Shown here: piece by piece, positions 34,603 to 44,969 of the stretch
Numbering within the stretch: the first letter of the stretch is position 1
Layout of the letters: the number at the start of each line of letters is the position of its first letter
From: Polyangiales bacterium
Lineage (GTDB): Bacteria > Myxococcota_A > Polyangia > Polyangiales > Ga0077539
Length of the DNA: 64,000 nucleotides
Assembly: GCA_044229975.1 (NCBI GenBank)
Contig: JBGARZ010000001.1
Coordinates: 672,001 to 736,000 of the forward strand
Reading direction: 5' to 3'
Made by a program: the position numbers and the translations under genes
The notes under the pieces: generated by a model
Databases searched by the model: none
The model's input: only the letters and a program-made list of their open reading frames with translations
Told to the model about the DNA's origin: nothing

Positions 34603-34905
34603 ATGCCGACCCCGAAGCACCCCATGGGCGAACGCCCGAGCATGTTCGACCGTCGACCCGGGTTCCGACAGAGCGTCGAGCTGGTGCGTCGCACCATGCT
34701 CCCGCCGAAGACCGAGTCGCGCTGGAAGCGCATGGTCCTCGCGGTCGGTGGCATCAGCGGCCTGGGGGTTCTCGCGTACGTCATCACCGAGAGCATCGGG
34801 TGGGCGCTGCTGCTGCTGGTCGTCGGCATCCCGGTGGTGGTGCTGCCGACGATCCTCATCGTCGGGATGATCCTCGAAGCCCGCGAAGAGGCCGCCTCCC
34901 GATAG
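34603..34905 (+). CDS. Small two-TM membrane protein
   Basis: Two hydrophobic helices, GAGG RBS. Confidence 0.55.
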   Translation: MPTPKHPMGERPSMFDRRPGFRQSVELVRRTMLPPKTESRWKRMVLAVGGISGLGVLAYVITESIGWALLLLVVGIPVVVLPTILIVGMILEAREEAASR

Positions 34906-34936
34906 CGGCCATCGTCGGCGTATCCTCCGCGCCGCG

Positions 34937-35824
34937 GTGCCGCTCCCTCCCCCTCGCCCGTCGCGCCTCAAGCTCCTCCCCGAAGCCGCCCTGGTCGCGA
35001 CCTTCCTCGGCATGGCCGCCTATGAGGCCGCCGAGGTGTTCTTCCTCGAAGCGCCCACCGGGTCGGCGGTGTCGCTCACCATCGTGCTGCACTCGTTGCA
35101 GGTGCTCGCCATCCTCGCGGGCGCCGCGGGGCTGCTGCGCGCGCTGCGACAGCGGGCCGCCCACGAAGAAGCGCTCGCCCGCATGGTGGAGAAGGTTCTC
35201 TTCGCGCAGGAACAGGAACGCCGCCGCGTCGCCTACGAGCTGCACGACGCCGTCTCGCCGCTCATCGTGAGCGCCAAGCAGCACGCCGAGACCTGCCGCG
35301 ACGCGTGGTCGGATGACGACACCCGCGCGCGGTCCGAGCTCACCCGCGGCATCGACCGGCTCCAACAGGCGATCGTCGAGACCCGGCGCATGCTCCGCGC
35401 GCTGCGCCCCTCGGACGTCGACGCCGACGGGCTCGCCGTCGCGGTGCGCCGCTGCCTCGACGAGTCCGCCGAAGAGTCCGGTTGGACTGTCGCCTTCGAG
35501 CACGACCTCACCGACGACCGGCTCCCTGCAGCCGTCGAGATGGCGGCGTTTCGCATCGCGCAGGAGGCCGTTCGCAACGCCGCGAGGCACGCCCGCGCCG
35601 AGCGCGTCGAGGTGCGGCTCCGACGCGACGGAGACGCCTTGCGAGTGCGGGTGCACGACGACGGCGTGGGCTTCGCGGCGGGCGACACCCCCTCGCGCGG
35701 ACTCGGACTGGTGAGCATGCGCGAGCGGGCGAGCCTCCTCGGCGGGCAGTGCGTGGTGGAGAGCGGGCGGGGCCGCGGGACGACGGTGGACGTCTCGCTG
35801 CCGTTGCGTGCGGAGCAAGCGTGA
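34937..35824 (+). CDS. Sensor histidine kinase (HisKA_3, NarX-like)
   Basis: Two TM helices, QEQERRRVAYELHD, QEAVRNAARHA, DDGVGF, GLGLVSMRERA. Confidence 0.93.
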   Translation: MPLPPPRPSRLKLLPEAALVATFLGMAAYEAAEVFFLEAPTGSAVSLTIVLHSLQVLAILAGAAGLLRALRQRAAHEEALARMVEKVLFAQEQERRRVAYELHDAVSPLIVSAKQHAETCRDAWSDDDTRARSELTRGIDRLQQAIVETRRMLRALRPSDVDADGLAVAVRRCLDESAEESGWTVAFEHDLTDDRLPAAVEMAAFRIAQEAVRNAARHARAERVEVRLRRDGDALRVRVHDDGVGFAAGDTPSRGLGLVSMRERASLLGGQCVVESGRGRGTTVDVSLPLRAEQA

Positions 35825-35886
35825 CCGCTTCACCCGGCTACGGACCGGGGTTGGTCGCGTCCCGCGCCTGCACCGCCGGGCAAGCG

Positions 35887-37811
35887 ATCGGCATAGGGGC
35901 GGCCCCTCCGTGAGGAGGAGCCGACCCCTGCCACACCACCGGACAAGCGGGTCCGCATCCGGCGGTTCGGACGGTTGAGGTCACCTCCGTAGCCTCCACA
36001 ACCCGAGGCTGTCGAACCAACTGGGTCGGAGCGTGAAGCCCAGGCGGAGCGCGCGGCGCCACCAGCCACCGGCCGAGGCCACCGACTTCCAGCTTGCTTC
36101 GTCCCCTTGTCCAAGGGCGCGCAGCGACTGGTAGATCGTGATGCCTCGCTTCCAGTGCTTCAGTTGCACCATCCGAAGGCGACGGCGAATCCACTCGTCC
36201 AGCCCCTCGAAGAGCTTCGTCTGCTGCGTGAGGCGGTAGTACGCCCACCACCCACGCAGGTACCGATTCAGCCTCTCGATCAGTTGCACCAGACTGCGAC
36301 CCGCCGTCCGGCTCGTGAGCTCCCGCACACGCGCCTTGAACGCCTCTTGCGACTTCGCCGACACCCCTCGCTTCACTTCTCCGCCGTGCGCGTAGAACTG
36401 AAAGCCCAGGAACTTCCGTCCCTTGACCGGCGCCACCGCGCTCTTGGACTCGTTGACCCGGAGGTGCAGCGACGCGAAGCGCTCCCGCAGGAATGCCATC
36501 ACTCGCTCGCCCGCCCGCTCCGACCTCACGTACACGTTGAGGTCGTCGGCGTAGCGCACGAACGCGTGACCGCGCTGCTCCAACTCCTTGTCCACTTCGT
36601 CCAGAAGCACGTTCGCCAGCAGTGGTGACAGCGGGCCGCCTTGCGGCGTTCCCTCCGTCCGCGCCGTCGCGATCCCGTCGGCCATCATCCCGGCCTCCAG
36701 GTAGCGACGGATGAGCCTCAGCAGGCGCTTGTCCTCGATGCGTTTGGCCAACCGGCCCATCAGCACGTCGTGGTTCACGCGGTCGAAGAACGCTTCGAGG
36801 TCCACGTCCACCACCACCCCGCGCCCCTCCTGGACGTAGCGCTGTGCGACGACAATCGCGTCGTGCGCGCTGCGCCCCGGGCGGAACCCGTAGCTGTGCT
36901 GTGAGAAGGTCGGATCGAATCGAGGCTGAAGCACCTGGAGGATCGCCTGTTGGAGGAGACGATCCAGGGCCGTCGGGATGCCGAGAGTCCTCGTGCCGCC
37001 CGACGCCTTGGGGATCTCGCACGATCTCACCGGCTGCGGTTGGTAGCGCCCCGCGAGGAGGTCCTCGCGCAGACGCGGCCAGTGCACACGCAGGTGGGCC
37101 GCGAGATCCTTCGTCTCCATCCCGTCCACTCCGGGGCTGCCCCGGTTGCTCTGCACCCGCTGGAGCGCCCGCAAGAGGTTGTCCCTTCCGAGGACCGCCT
37201 CCAGCAAGGCGCTGGTGCCCGAGTGCTCGTCTCCTTTCGTCGCCGTGGGGTCTTCCTCGCGGGGCTGCGCGTTGAGGGCTTCACCCTCGTCGCGCCTCCC
37301 TCGCCCCGGTGGTGTCCCGGGCATCTGAGGCGGTTCCCTTTTGAGACTCATGGTCGATGCACCCTCCCTTCCGTTTGGTCCTTTGCGCGGCCGTCGGCCC
37401 TTCGTCGTGGCGTTCCCCGTCGTGTCTCCGACGTCGTTGGCGACGTCGGCGCGGGAGCCCAGGTTTTCGGACGCGCTACTACGACCTCTGCTGACTTCCT
37501 GCGCCGCACGTTGGTGTGTGTCGCCCTTTCAGGCGTGAAGCAGGATCTCCCCGGGTAAGAAACGCTGGCTTTCACGGCGCAACCGCCCGATCTACCGCAC
37601 GGTCTCTTGGTCATTGGAGCTTCGCGGCTCCTTGCCCGCTCGCCCCAGACCGCACGGCCTCACATCGGCTTTCTGTCCGTCGGCTCGCCGTTTCGCGTCG
37701 GGCTTCCTTCAGACAGTCCGTTGCCTCGCTGCCCTTGCCTCTCGCGTGGATCGTCATGACCTACTTTCCCGGGGACTTGCACCCCGAAGCCAACGCCCAT
37801 GCCGGGCGCAC
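35887..37811 (-). mobile_element. Complete class IIC group II intron (1925 nt)
   Basis: 5' end GTGCGCCCGGCATGGG at 37811; domain V GAACCGCCGGATGCGGACCCGCTTGTCCGGTGGTGT with CGC triad (~35933-35968); domain VI ending CCTATGCCGAT at 35887; RT ORF inside. Confidence 0.93.
35981..37351 (-). CDS. ltrA: Group II intron reverse transcriptase/maturase (no endonuclease domain)
   Basis: GSPGVDG, RTLGIPT..DR, SYGFRPGRS, DLEAFFD, GTPQGGPLSPLLAN, YADD, FLGF, domain X LRGWWAYY. Confidence 0.97.
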   Translation of the reverse strand: MSLKREPPQMPGTPPGRGRRDEGEALNAQPREEDPTATKGDEHSGTSALLEAVLGRDNLLRALQRVQSNRGSPGVDGMETKDLAAHLRVHWPRLREDLLAGRYQPQPVRSCEIPKASGGTRTLGIPTALDRLLQQAILQVLQPRFDPTFSQHSYGFRPGRSAHDAIVVAQRYVQEGRGVVVDVDLEAFFDRVNHDVLMGRLAKRIEDKRLLRLIRRYLEAGMMADGIATARTEGTPQGGPLSPLLANVLLDEVDKELEQRGHAFVRYADDLNVYVRSERAGERVMAFLRERFASLHLRVNESKSAVAPVKGRKFLGFQFYAHGGEVKRGVSAKSQEAFKARVRELTSRTAGRSLVQLIERLNRYLRGWWAYYRLTQQTKLFEGLDEWIRRRLRMVQLKHWKRGITIYQSLRALGQGDEASWKSVASAGGWWRRALRLGFTLRPSWFDSLGLWRLRR

Positions 37812-38017
37812 AAAGCAGGCGCCCCTCCGGGGCTTCCGGAAGCCATCGACCGCACGATGGGTTCTTGTTGAGTGCCTGGAATGCACTTCGTGACGCTCGT
37901 GGCGACCTTCCGAAAGCCCCGCTGGGGCGCTTGCTTTCGCTTGCCCGGGGTGCAGGCGCGAGGCGCGACCAACCCCGGTCCGAAGGCAGGCCGAGCGAAC
38001 CGGAGAGACGAGCCGTG

Positions 38018-38614
38018 ATGCGCGTGTTGCTGGTCGACGACCACCCCGTGGTCCGCGAGGGCCTTCGCAGCATGCTGGTGAGCGACGGCGTCGAGGTCGT
38101 CGCCGAGGCCGCGACCGGCGCCGACGCGGTGTCCCTCGCGCGGCAGCACGCGCCCGACGTGGTGCTGCTCGACATGCAGCTCCCGGACATGGAGGGCGTC
38201 GCGGCGCTGCGGCAGATGAAGCAGACCGGTGTGCGCAGCGCGGTGCTCGTCCTGAGCATGCACGACGACCCCGCGATGGTGCGCCGCGCGATGGACGCGG
38301 GCGCCTCTGGCTACCTCCTGAAAGGAACCAACCGCGGCGATCTCCTCGCCGCGATGCGGGCCGTGTGCGAGGGAGCGACGGTCATCGACCCGACCCTCCA
38401 GGCGGCGCTCGCACCGACCGACGACGCGCTCACCGCGGTCGAGCGCGAGGTGCTCCGACTGCTCGCCGAGGGGCTCACCAACCGCGAGATCGCCGAGCAG
38501 CGGAAGTGGAGCATCGCGACGGCGAAGAAGTACGTGCAGCGCGTGCTGGAGAAGCTCGGCGCCACCGACCGCACGCAGGCCGTGGCCGTCGCGATACGAC
38601 GCGGGCTCGCGTAG
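38018..38614 (+). CDS. NarL/LuxR family response regulator
   Basis: VDDHPVVREGL receiver, LTAVEREVL..GLTNREIA..KLGATDRTQA HTH. Confidence 0.95.
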   Translation: MRVLLVDDHPVVREGLRSMLVSDGVEVVAEAATGADAVSLARQHAPDVVLLDMQLPDMEGVAALRQMKQTGVRSAVLVLSMHDDPAMVRRAMDAGASGYLLKGTNRGDLLAAMRAVCEGATVIDPTLQAALAPTDDALTAVEREVLRLLAEGLTNREIAEQRKWSIATAKKYVQRVLEKLGATDRTQAVAVAIRRGLA

Positions 38615-38765
38615 TCGACCCGTCGGCCTGAGCCGACGAACGCGCGCGGCATCGACGTCCGCGCCGCGGACTCTTCCCCATCAGGCTCGACAATGGGAGG
38701 TCGAGGGACAAGGTGCGTGTACGGTCGCGGGGGCCACACGCCAGAGAGGAGGATCGACAACACCG

Positions 38766-40790
<2,025 letters not shown>

Positions 40791-40925
40791 CGGGGGTGAA
40801 TGTTTCAAAGGCCCGCTTGGAGGCGAAGCGGTCTACCCCCGCAGTTCGAGACGAGGGCCGTCGGCGGCCTGAGCCGGACCCCGAGCGTGAGCGAGGAGGG
40901 CACAACCTCGGGTTGCACACCGGCA

Positions 40926-41140
40926 CATCGATTGGAGAGACCCCTACCCCTCTTCGATCGATGGGTTGCATCGGTTGGAGAGACCCCCACCCCTCTTCGA
41001 TCGATGGGTTGCATCGGTTGGAGAGACCCCCACCCCTCTATTGCCGACACCGCGCATCGTGCGAAGAGACCCCTACCCCTCTCCCATCGATGCGTCGTTT
41101 CGGTTGGAGCGACCCCTCCTCTCTGCCAACACGATCCCGT
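40926..41140. repeat. Five 43-nt tandem units (core GAGACCCC(T/C)ACCCCTCT)
   Basis: Unit starts at 40926, 40969, 41012, 41055, 41098; units 1-2 nearly identical, later units diverge. Confidence 0.88.
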
Positions 41141-41380
41141 CGACCGGCGGCGTCGCGGTCGCGTCCCTCCGGGCAGGTTCGTCGACCGCGGGCGTCGCGG
41201 GCGCTCCCCGCCGGGTAAGGTCGTCGACCGCGGGCGTCGCGGGCGCTCCCGCCGGGTAAGATGCCGACCGTCGGCCGCGCGGTCGCTTCCCTTCGACCCT
41301 AAAGCGAGGTCGAACTAACGCCCGCGGTCGACGACCTTACCCGGAGGGACGCGACCGCGACGCCCGCAGTCGACGACCTC
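41139..41380. repeat. Three ~42-nt tandem units (GTCGACCGCGGGCGTCGCGG...CCGGGTAAGGTC) plus an inverted copy
   Basis: Unit starts at 41139, 41181, 41223; reverse-complement copy ~41319-41380 after hairpin TTCGACC-N9-GGTCGAA. Confidence 0.85.
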
Positions 41381-41424
41381 CAGCGCTTCCCCTCGCCTGG
41401 ACGAGCGGCAGCGCGAAGCACCCA

Positions 41425-41742
41425 ACCCTCTACGACTGGGTCGCGGCCTACCTCGACGCGGGCGCCCACCTCGACGAGCTCCTCGCGGCCCGCGCCGACG
41501 CCGCGCCCGGATCACGCGCCGACGCCGGTGCCCTGCGCGCCGCCACGCTCGGGCTCATCGGGCGCTTCCGCGCCGGGCTTGCCGACGAGCTGACGGCCAA
41601 CCCGAAGCTGCCGCGCGACCTCGACACGAAGGTCTTCGCCTACCTCGATCTGCTGACCGACCTGCGCGCGAAGGGCAGCACCGACGAGGCCCCCGCCCCG
41701 CCCGCCGATCCGACGCCCGCCGACCCGACGCCGCCCGCCTGA
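41425..41742 (+). pseudogene. 5'-truncated gene remnant without a start codon
   Basis: Frame 41260-41742 is open with no ATG/GTG/TTG; the distal part reads TLYDWVAAYLDAG...LPRDLDTKVFAYLDLL with strong coding bias; absent from the ORF track. Confidence 0.6.
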
Positions 41743-41859
41743 CGCTCCATCCCCTGGACGAGCCTGCCACCGCTGGACGTCGGCGGCGATCCGTGGCGCG
41801 CTCGTGTGGGCAGTTCGGTCTCACCATCCATCGCAGACGACGCGGCGGTACCATCGCTC

Positions 41860-42771
41860 ATGGCGAAGAAAGCCCCCGCACCGCCCGCACCGCACCGCGT
41901 GATCGGCCGCCACCGCACCGGCGTCGACGGAGTCTCCTTCGCCGACGCGCTGCGCGTGCTCAGCACCGCCATGGAAGAGCCGCAGGTCGCGCTCTGGGAC
42001 GTCACCGCGGAGGCCGTCGCGCTCGGCCGAGTCGGCACCGGCGACGGCTGCGTCTGCTGGTACGCCGCGATGGCGCCCGACGGCCGCACCGTCGCCGCGG
42101 GCTTTGGCGACCTCACGCTCCGGCTATGGGACGTCGACTCCAGCAAGGTCCGCACGCTCGCCACGCCGGGTGGCATCGTGGCGTCGCTCGCGTGGTCGGC
42201 GGACTCGTCGCGGTTGTTCACCGGCAACTGCGGCGACAACACCGTGCGCCTGTGGGACGCCGCGACCGGCGCCGTCGTCGCGGAGGGCAAGACGAAGAAG
42301 AGCGCGACGTGGTTCGTGGCGATGACCCGCGACGCGCACCGCGGCTTCTCGGGCGCTGGTGACAAGCTCGTGCACGTGTGGGAGCCCGCGACGGGGCGCG
42401 AGGTCGGGGCGCTCTCGGGTCACACGGGGAAGATCCTCGGGCTCGCGGTCTCCCACGACGGCAAGCGGCTCGCCTCGGCCTCGCAGGACCGCACCGCGCG
42501 CGTCTGGGACATCGAGACCAGCACGCTTATCGCCTCGCTCGAAGGTCACGACAAGCAGGTCACCGGCGTCGCGATGTCACCCGACGGTGCGCGCGTCGCG
42601 ACGGCCTCGACCGACGCCACCCTCCGTCTCTGGAACGCCGCCACCGGCACCGAAGAGCGTCGCCTCTCGCTGGGTGCAACGACCGCATCGTCCGTGGCGT
42701 ACGCGCCCGATGGCGGGTCGATCGTCGCGGGCTGCGCCGACGGCACGGTGCGGCTGTTCGCGCTCGACTGA
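41860..42771 (+). CDS. WD40 repeat beta-propeller protein
   Basis: Repeated GH...SxDxTxRxWD units. Confidence 0.92.
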   Translation: MAKKAPAPPAPHRVIGRHRTGVDGVSFADALRVLSTAMEEPQVALWDVTAEAVALGRVGTGDGCVCWYAAMAPDGRTVAAGFGDLTLRLWDVDSSKVRTLATPGGIVASLAWSADSSRLFTGNCGDNTVRLWDAATGAVVAEGKTKKSATWFVAMTRDAHRGFSGAGDKLVHVWEPATGREVGALSGHTGKILGLAVSHDGKRLASASQDRTARVWDIETSTLIASLEGHDKQVTGVAMSPDGARVATASTDATLRLWNAATGTEERRLSLGATTASSVAYAPDGGSIVAGCADGTVRLFALD

Positions 42772-42785
42772 GCCGCCACGCTCGC

Positions 42786-43181
42786 TCACTCGACGACTAC
42801 GCGCACCTCGACGTCCGCGCCGACCCCCCGCAACGCGACGGCCGCGGTCTCCGCCTCCCCGTAGTTCGCGAAGCGCCCGATCTCGCACGGCGCCGAGTCG
42901 ACGACCGCCTTCGCCTGGGCCATCGACACCGAGAGCGCGACGCGCACCCGCGCGATCAACAGCTCGCGGAAGCGCCCCACCGCGCGCAGGTCAACGACGT
43001 GCGGGAGGTAGTAGGTGCTGCCCCACTCTGCCCGGGGCGGCCCGCCGTAGGCCGCCGCGGCGCCGCCCCAGTCGTCGGGGCCATCGCCGACCGCGAGGCG
43101 CGCCCGGAGCGCTTCGACCAGCACGAGCACCTCCTCCCGCGTCAGCCCGGCGATGATGGCGGTGAGCTCCTCGACGGTCAT
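42786..43181 (-). CDS. Divergent ribosomal protein L7/L12-like protein
   Basis: N-terminal helix pair LTREEVLVLVEAL; C-terminal AQAKAVVDSAP...EAETAAVALRGVGADVEVR resembles bL12 CTD. Confidence 0.65.
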   Translation of the reverse strand: MTVEELTAIIAGLTREEVLVLVEALRARLAVGDGPDDWGGAAAAYGGPPRAEWGSTYYLPHVVDLRAVGRFRELLIARVRVALSVSMAQAKAVVDSAPCEIGRFANYGEAETAAVALRGVGADVEVRVVVE

Positions 43182-43187
43182 GGTCGC

Positions 43188-43877
43188 TCAGCGCTTGAGC
43201 ACCGCGAGGATGCGCGCCTTCACCTCATCGCTCACCCACGTCGGAATCAGCTCCGCGACCGACCCCTGCGCCGCCGCGATCACGCCCTCGCGAATCGACC
43301 GCTTCGTCCCCGCGTAGGCCCCGCGCGGGTGCGCGGCCAGCGTCGCCAGCACCGCCCTCGCCCTCGCCTCGGGCTCGGCCGCCACCTCATCGAGCAGCCC
43401 CAGCCGCAGCGCCTCCGCGGGCGAGTGCAGCCCCGCGCCCAGCAGCACCTGCTCGCGCGCCGTCGACGGGATGCGCGCGTTGACGATGCCCCAGATGCGC
43501 GGCGGGAATTGCAGCCCCAGCGCCACCTCGTTGAGCCCGTGGCGGGCCTTCTCGTCGGCGCCGGACACGCGCCAGTCGCAGCACTGCGTGAGCACGCAGC
43601 CGCCCGCGATGGCGTGCCCCTCGATGAGCCCCACGACGGGCGCCGGGTGCAGGTACAGCTCGGTGATGGTGTCCTCCAGCAACACCAGGAACCGCGCCAT
43701 GCCGTCGGCGTCGAGCGAGGCCAGCTCTTTGAGGTTGAGGCCGGCGGAGAAGGTTCCGTTGGCGCCGCGCAGGAGGATGGGATCAGACCCCGCGGCCCGC
43801 ACCGCCTCGCGCAGGTTGGTCAGCACCACCGTGCTCAGGGCGTTGCGCCCGGCCCCTTCGATCACGACGTCGATCAT
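43188..43877 (-). CDS. Enoyl-CoA hydratase/isomerase family protein
   Basis: RNAL, FSAGLNL, GHAIAGG, GLNEVALG, EALRLGLLDEV. Confidence 0.9.
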   Translation of the reverse strand: MIDVVIEGAGRNALSTVVLTNLREAVRAAGSDPILLRGANGTFSAGLNLKELASLDADGMARFLVLLEDTITELYLHPAPVVGLIEGHAIAGGCVLTQCCDWRVSGADEKARHGLNEVALGLQFPPRIWGIVNARIPSTAREQVLLGAGLHSPAEALRLGLLDEVAAEPEARARAVLATLAAHPRGAYAGTKRSIREGVIAAAQGSVAELIPTWVSDEVKARILAVLKR

Positions 43878-43983
43878 GGGACCGGGCGATATCACACCCC
43901 GCGCCGCAGCGCTGATGGATCACTGCTTGGGTGGTGTCCGACTTGGGACACTGATTTCTCTCCGTCTCCAAAGTAGGACAAGT

Positions 43984-44224
43984 CGCCGCGTTCACGCCGG
44001 AGTTCACCGTGCCGCCCCCGCGCCCACCGCGCTCGGTTCACTCCGGGCTATTTCACGCGGATCGCCCCGCCGAAGCGGGGCTCAGGAGGCCGAGGGCACT
44101 TCATGGTCCCTGGGCGGAGGCACGGAGCCCCGCTTCGGCGGGGCGATCCGCGTGAAATAGCCCGGAGTGAACCGAGCGCGGTGGGCGCGGGGGCGGCACG
44201 GTGAACTCCGGCGTGAACGCGGCG
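43984..44224. repeat. Perfect 100-bp inverted repeat with 41-nt spacer (REPIN-like, family B)
   Basis: 43984-44083 is the exact reverse complement of 44125-44224; each arm contains hairpin GCCCCGC-CGAA-GCGGGGC. Confidence 0.95.
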
Positions 44225-44265
44225 GATTCTCAACTTGGGACACTGCGCCTCAAACTCGGACACTA

Positions 44266-44790
44266 CTACTGCTTGATGAGCTCGACCTCGAGCTGGATCT
44301 TCACCTCGTCGCCGACGAGCACGCCGCCGGCTTCGATGGCGCTGTTCCAGGTCATGCCGAAGTCCGAGCGCTTGATCTTCGTCGAGGCCGAGCCGCCGAT
44401 GCGGGTGTAGCCCCACGGGTCCTTGTGCTCGCCGGTGATGTCGGTGACCGCGAGGACGACCTCGTGGGTGACGCCGTGGATGGTGAGGTCGCCCGTGACC
44501 GCGATGCCGTCACCGCTGGCCTTGGCGCTCTTCGACTTGAAGGTGATCGCCGGAAACTTCTCCACATCGAAGAAGTCGGCGCTGCGGAGGTGCGCGTCGC
44601 GCTTCTCCTCGCGGGTGTTGATGGAGGCCACGTCGAGGGACACGCTCGCCGTGGTGGCGCCGGGGTTCGCCGGGTCGTAGCTCACCTCGCCGCTGAACTT
44701 CTGAAACTCCCCGCGCACGTTGGACACCATCAGGTGGCGAACGGAAAACGCGGCGTGGGAGTGCGACAGGTCGATGACGTAGCTGCTCAT
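44266..44790 (-). CDS. yceI: YceI family polyisoprenoid-binding protein
   Basis: ID.SHS..FSVRHLMVSNVRGEF, RDAHLRSADFFD, GDLTIHGVT, RSDFGMTWN. Confidence 0.93.
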   Translation of the reverse strand: MSSYVIDLSHSHAAFSVRHLMVSNVRGEFQKFSGEVSYDPANPGATTASVSLDVASINTREEKRDAHLRSADFFDVEKFPAITFKSKSAKASGDGIAVTGDLTIHGVTHEVVLAVTDITGEHKDPWGYTRIGGSASTKIKRSDFGMTWNSAIEAGGVLVGDEVKIQLEVELIKQ

Positions 44791-44969
44791 GGTGGTGCTC
44801 TTTTCTTGGGCTGACGCGCGCCAACTGCTGGCGTTCCTCTCGTCAGGCAGCGCGAACTTGGACCGTTGCTCGCCCGCGCACTACTCCCTCGAAAGGCAAC
44901 GCCACGTTGCCGCAACAGCAACACCGCCAACCCTCCCCGCAGGGCGTCGTGATAGCGTCCGACACCGCC

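Larger units (their letters stand above)
35841..37982. repeat. REP/REPIN-like palindromic element (family A) interrupted by the group II intron
   Basis: Left arm 35841-35886 plus 37812-37842; right arm ~37907-37982 is its reverse complement; homologous to 46550-46738. Confidence 0.9.

Noticed and set aside
35981..37351. Retron, DGR or defence-associated reverse transcriptase
   Set aside because: The RT has domain X and is enclosed by canonical group II intron ends and domains V/VI.
40791..40850. tmRNA 5' end (GGGGGTGAA)
   Set aside because: No GGATTCGAC-like continuation and no tRNA-like 3' end downstream.
40926..41140. CRISPR array
   Set aside because: The period is only 43 nt, the variable part is ~15 nt and identical in the first two units, the repeats are degenerate, and no cas genes are in the window.
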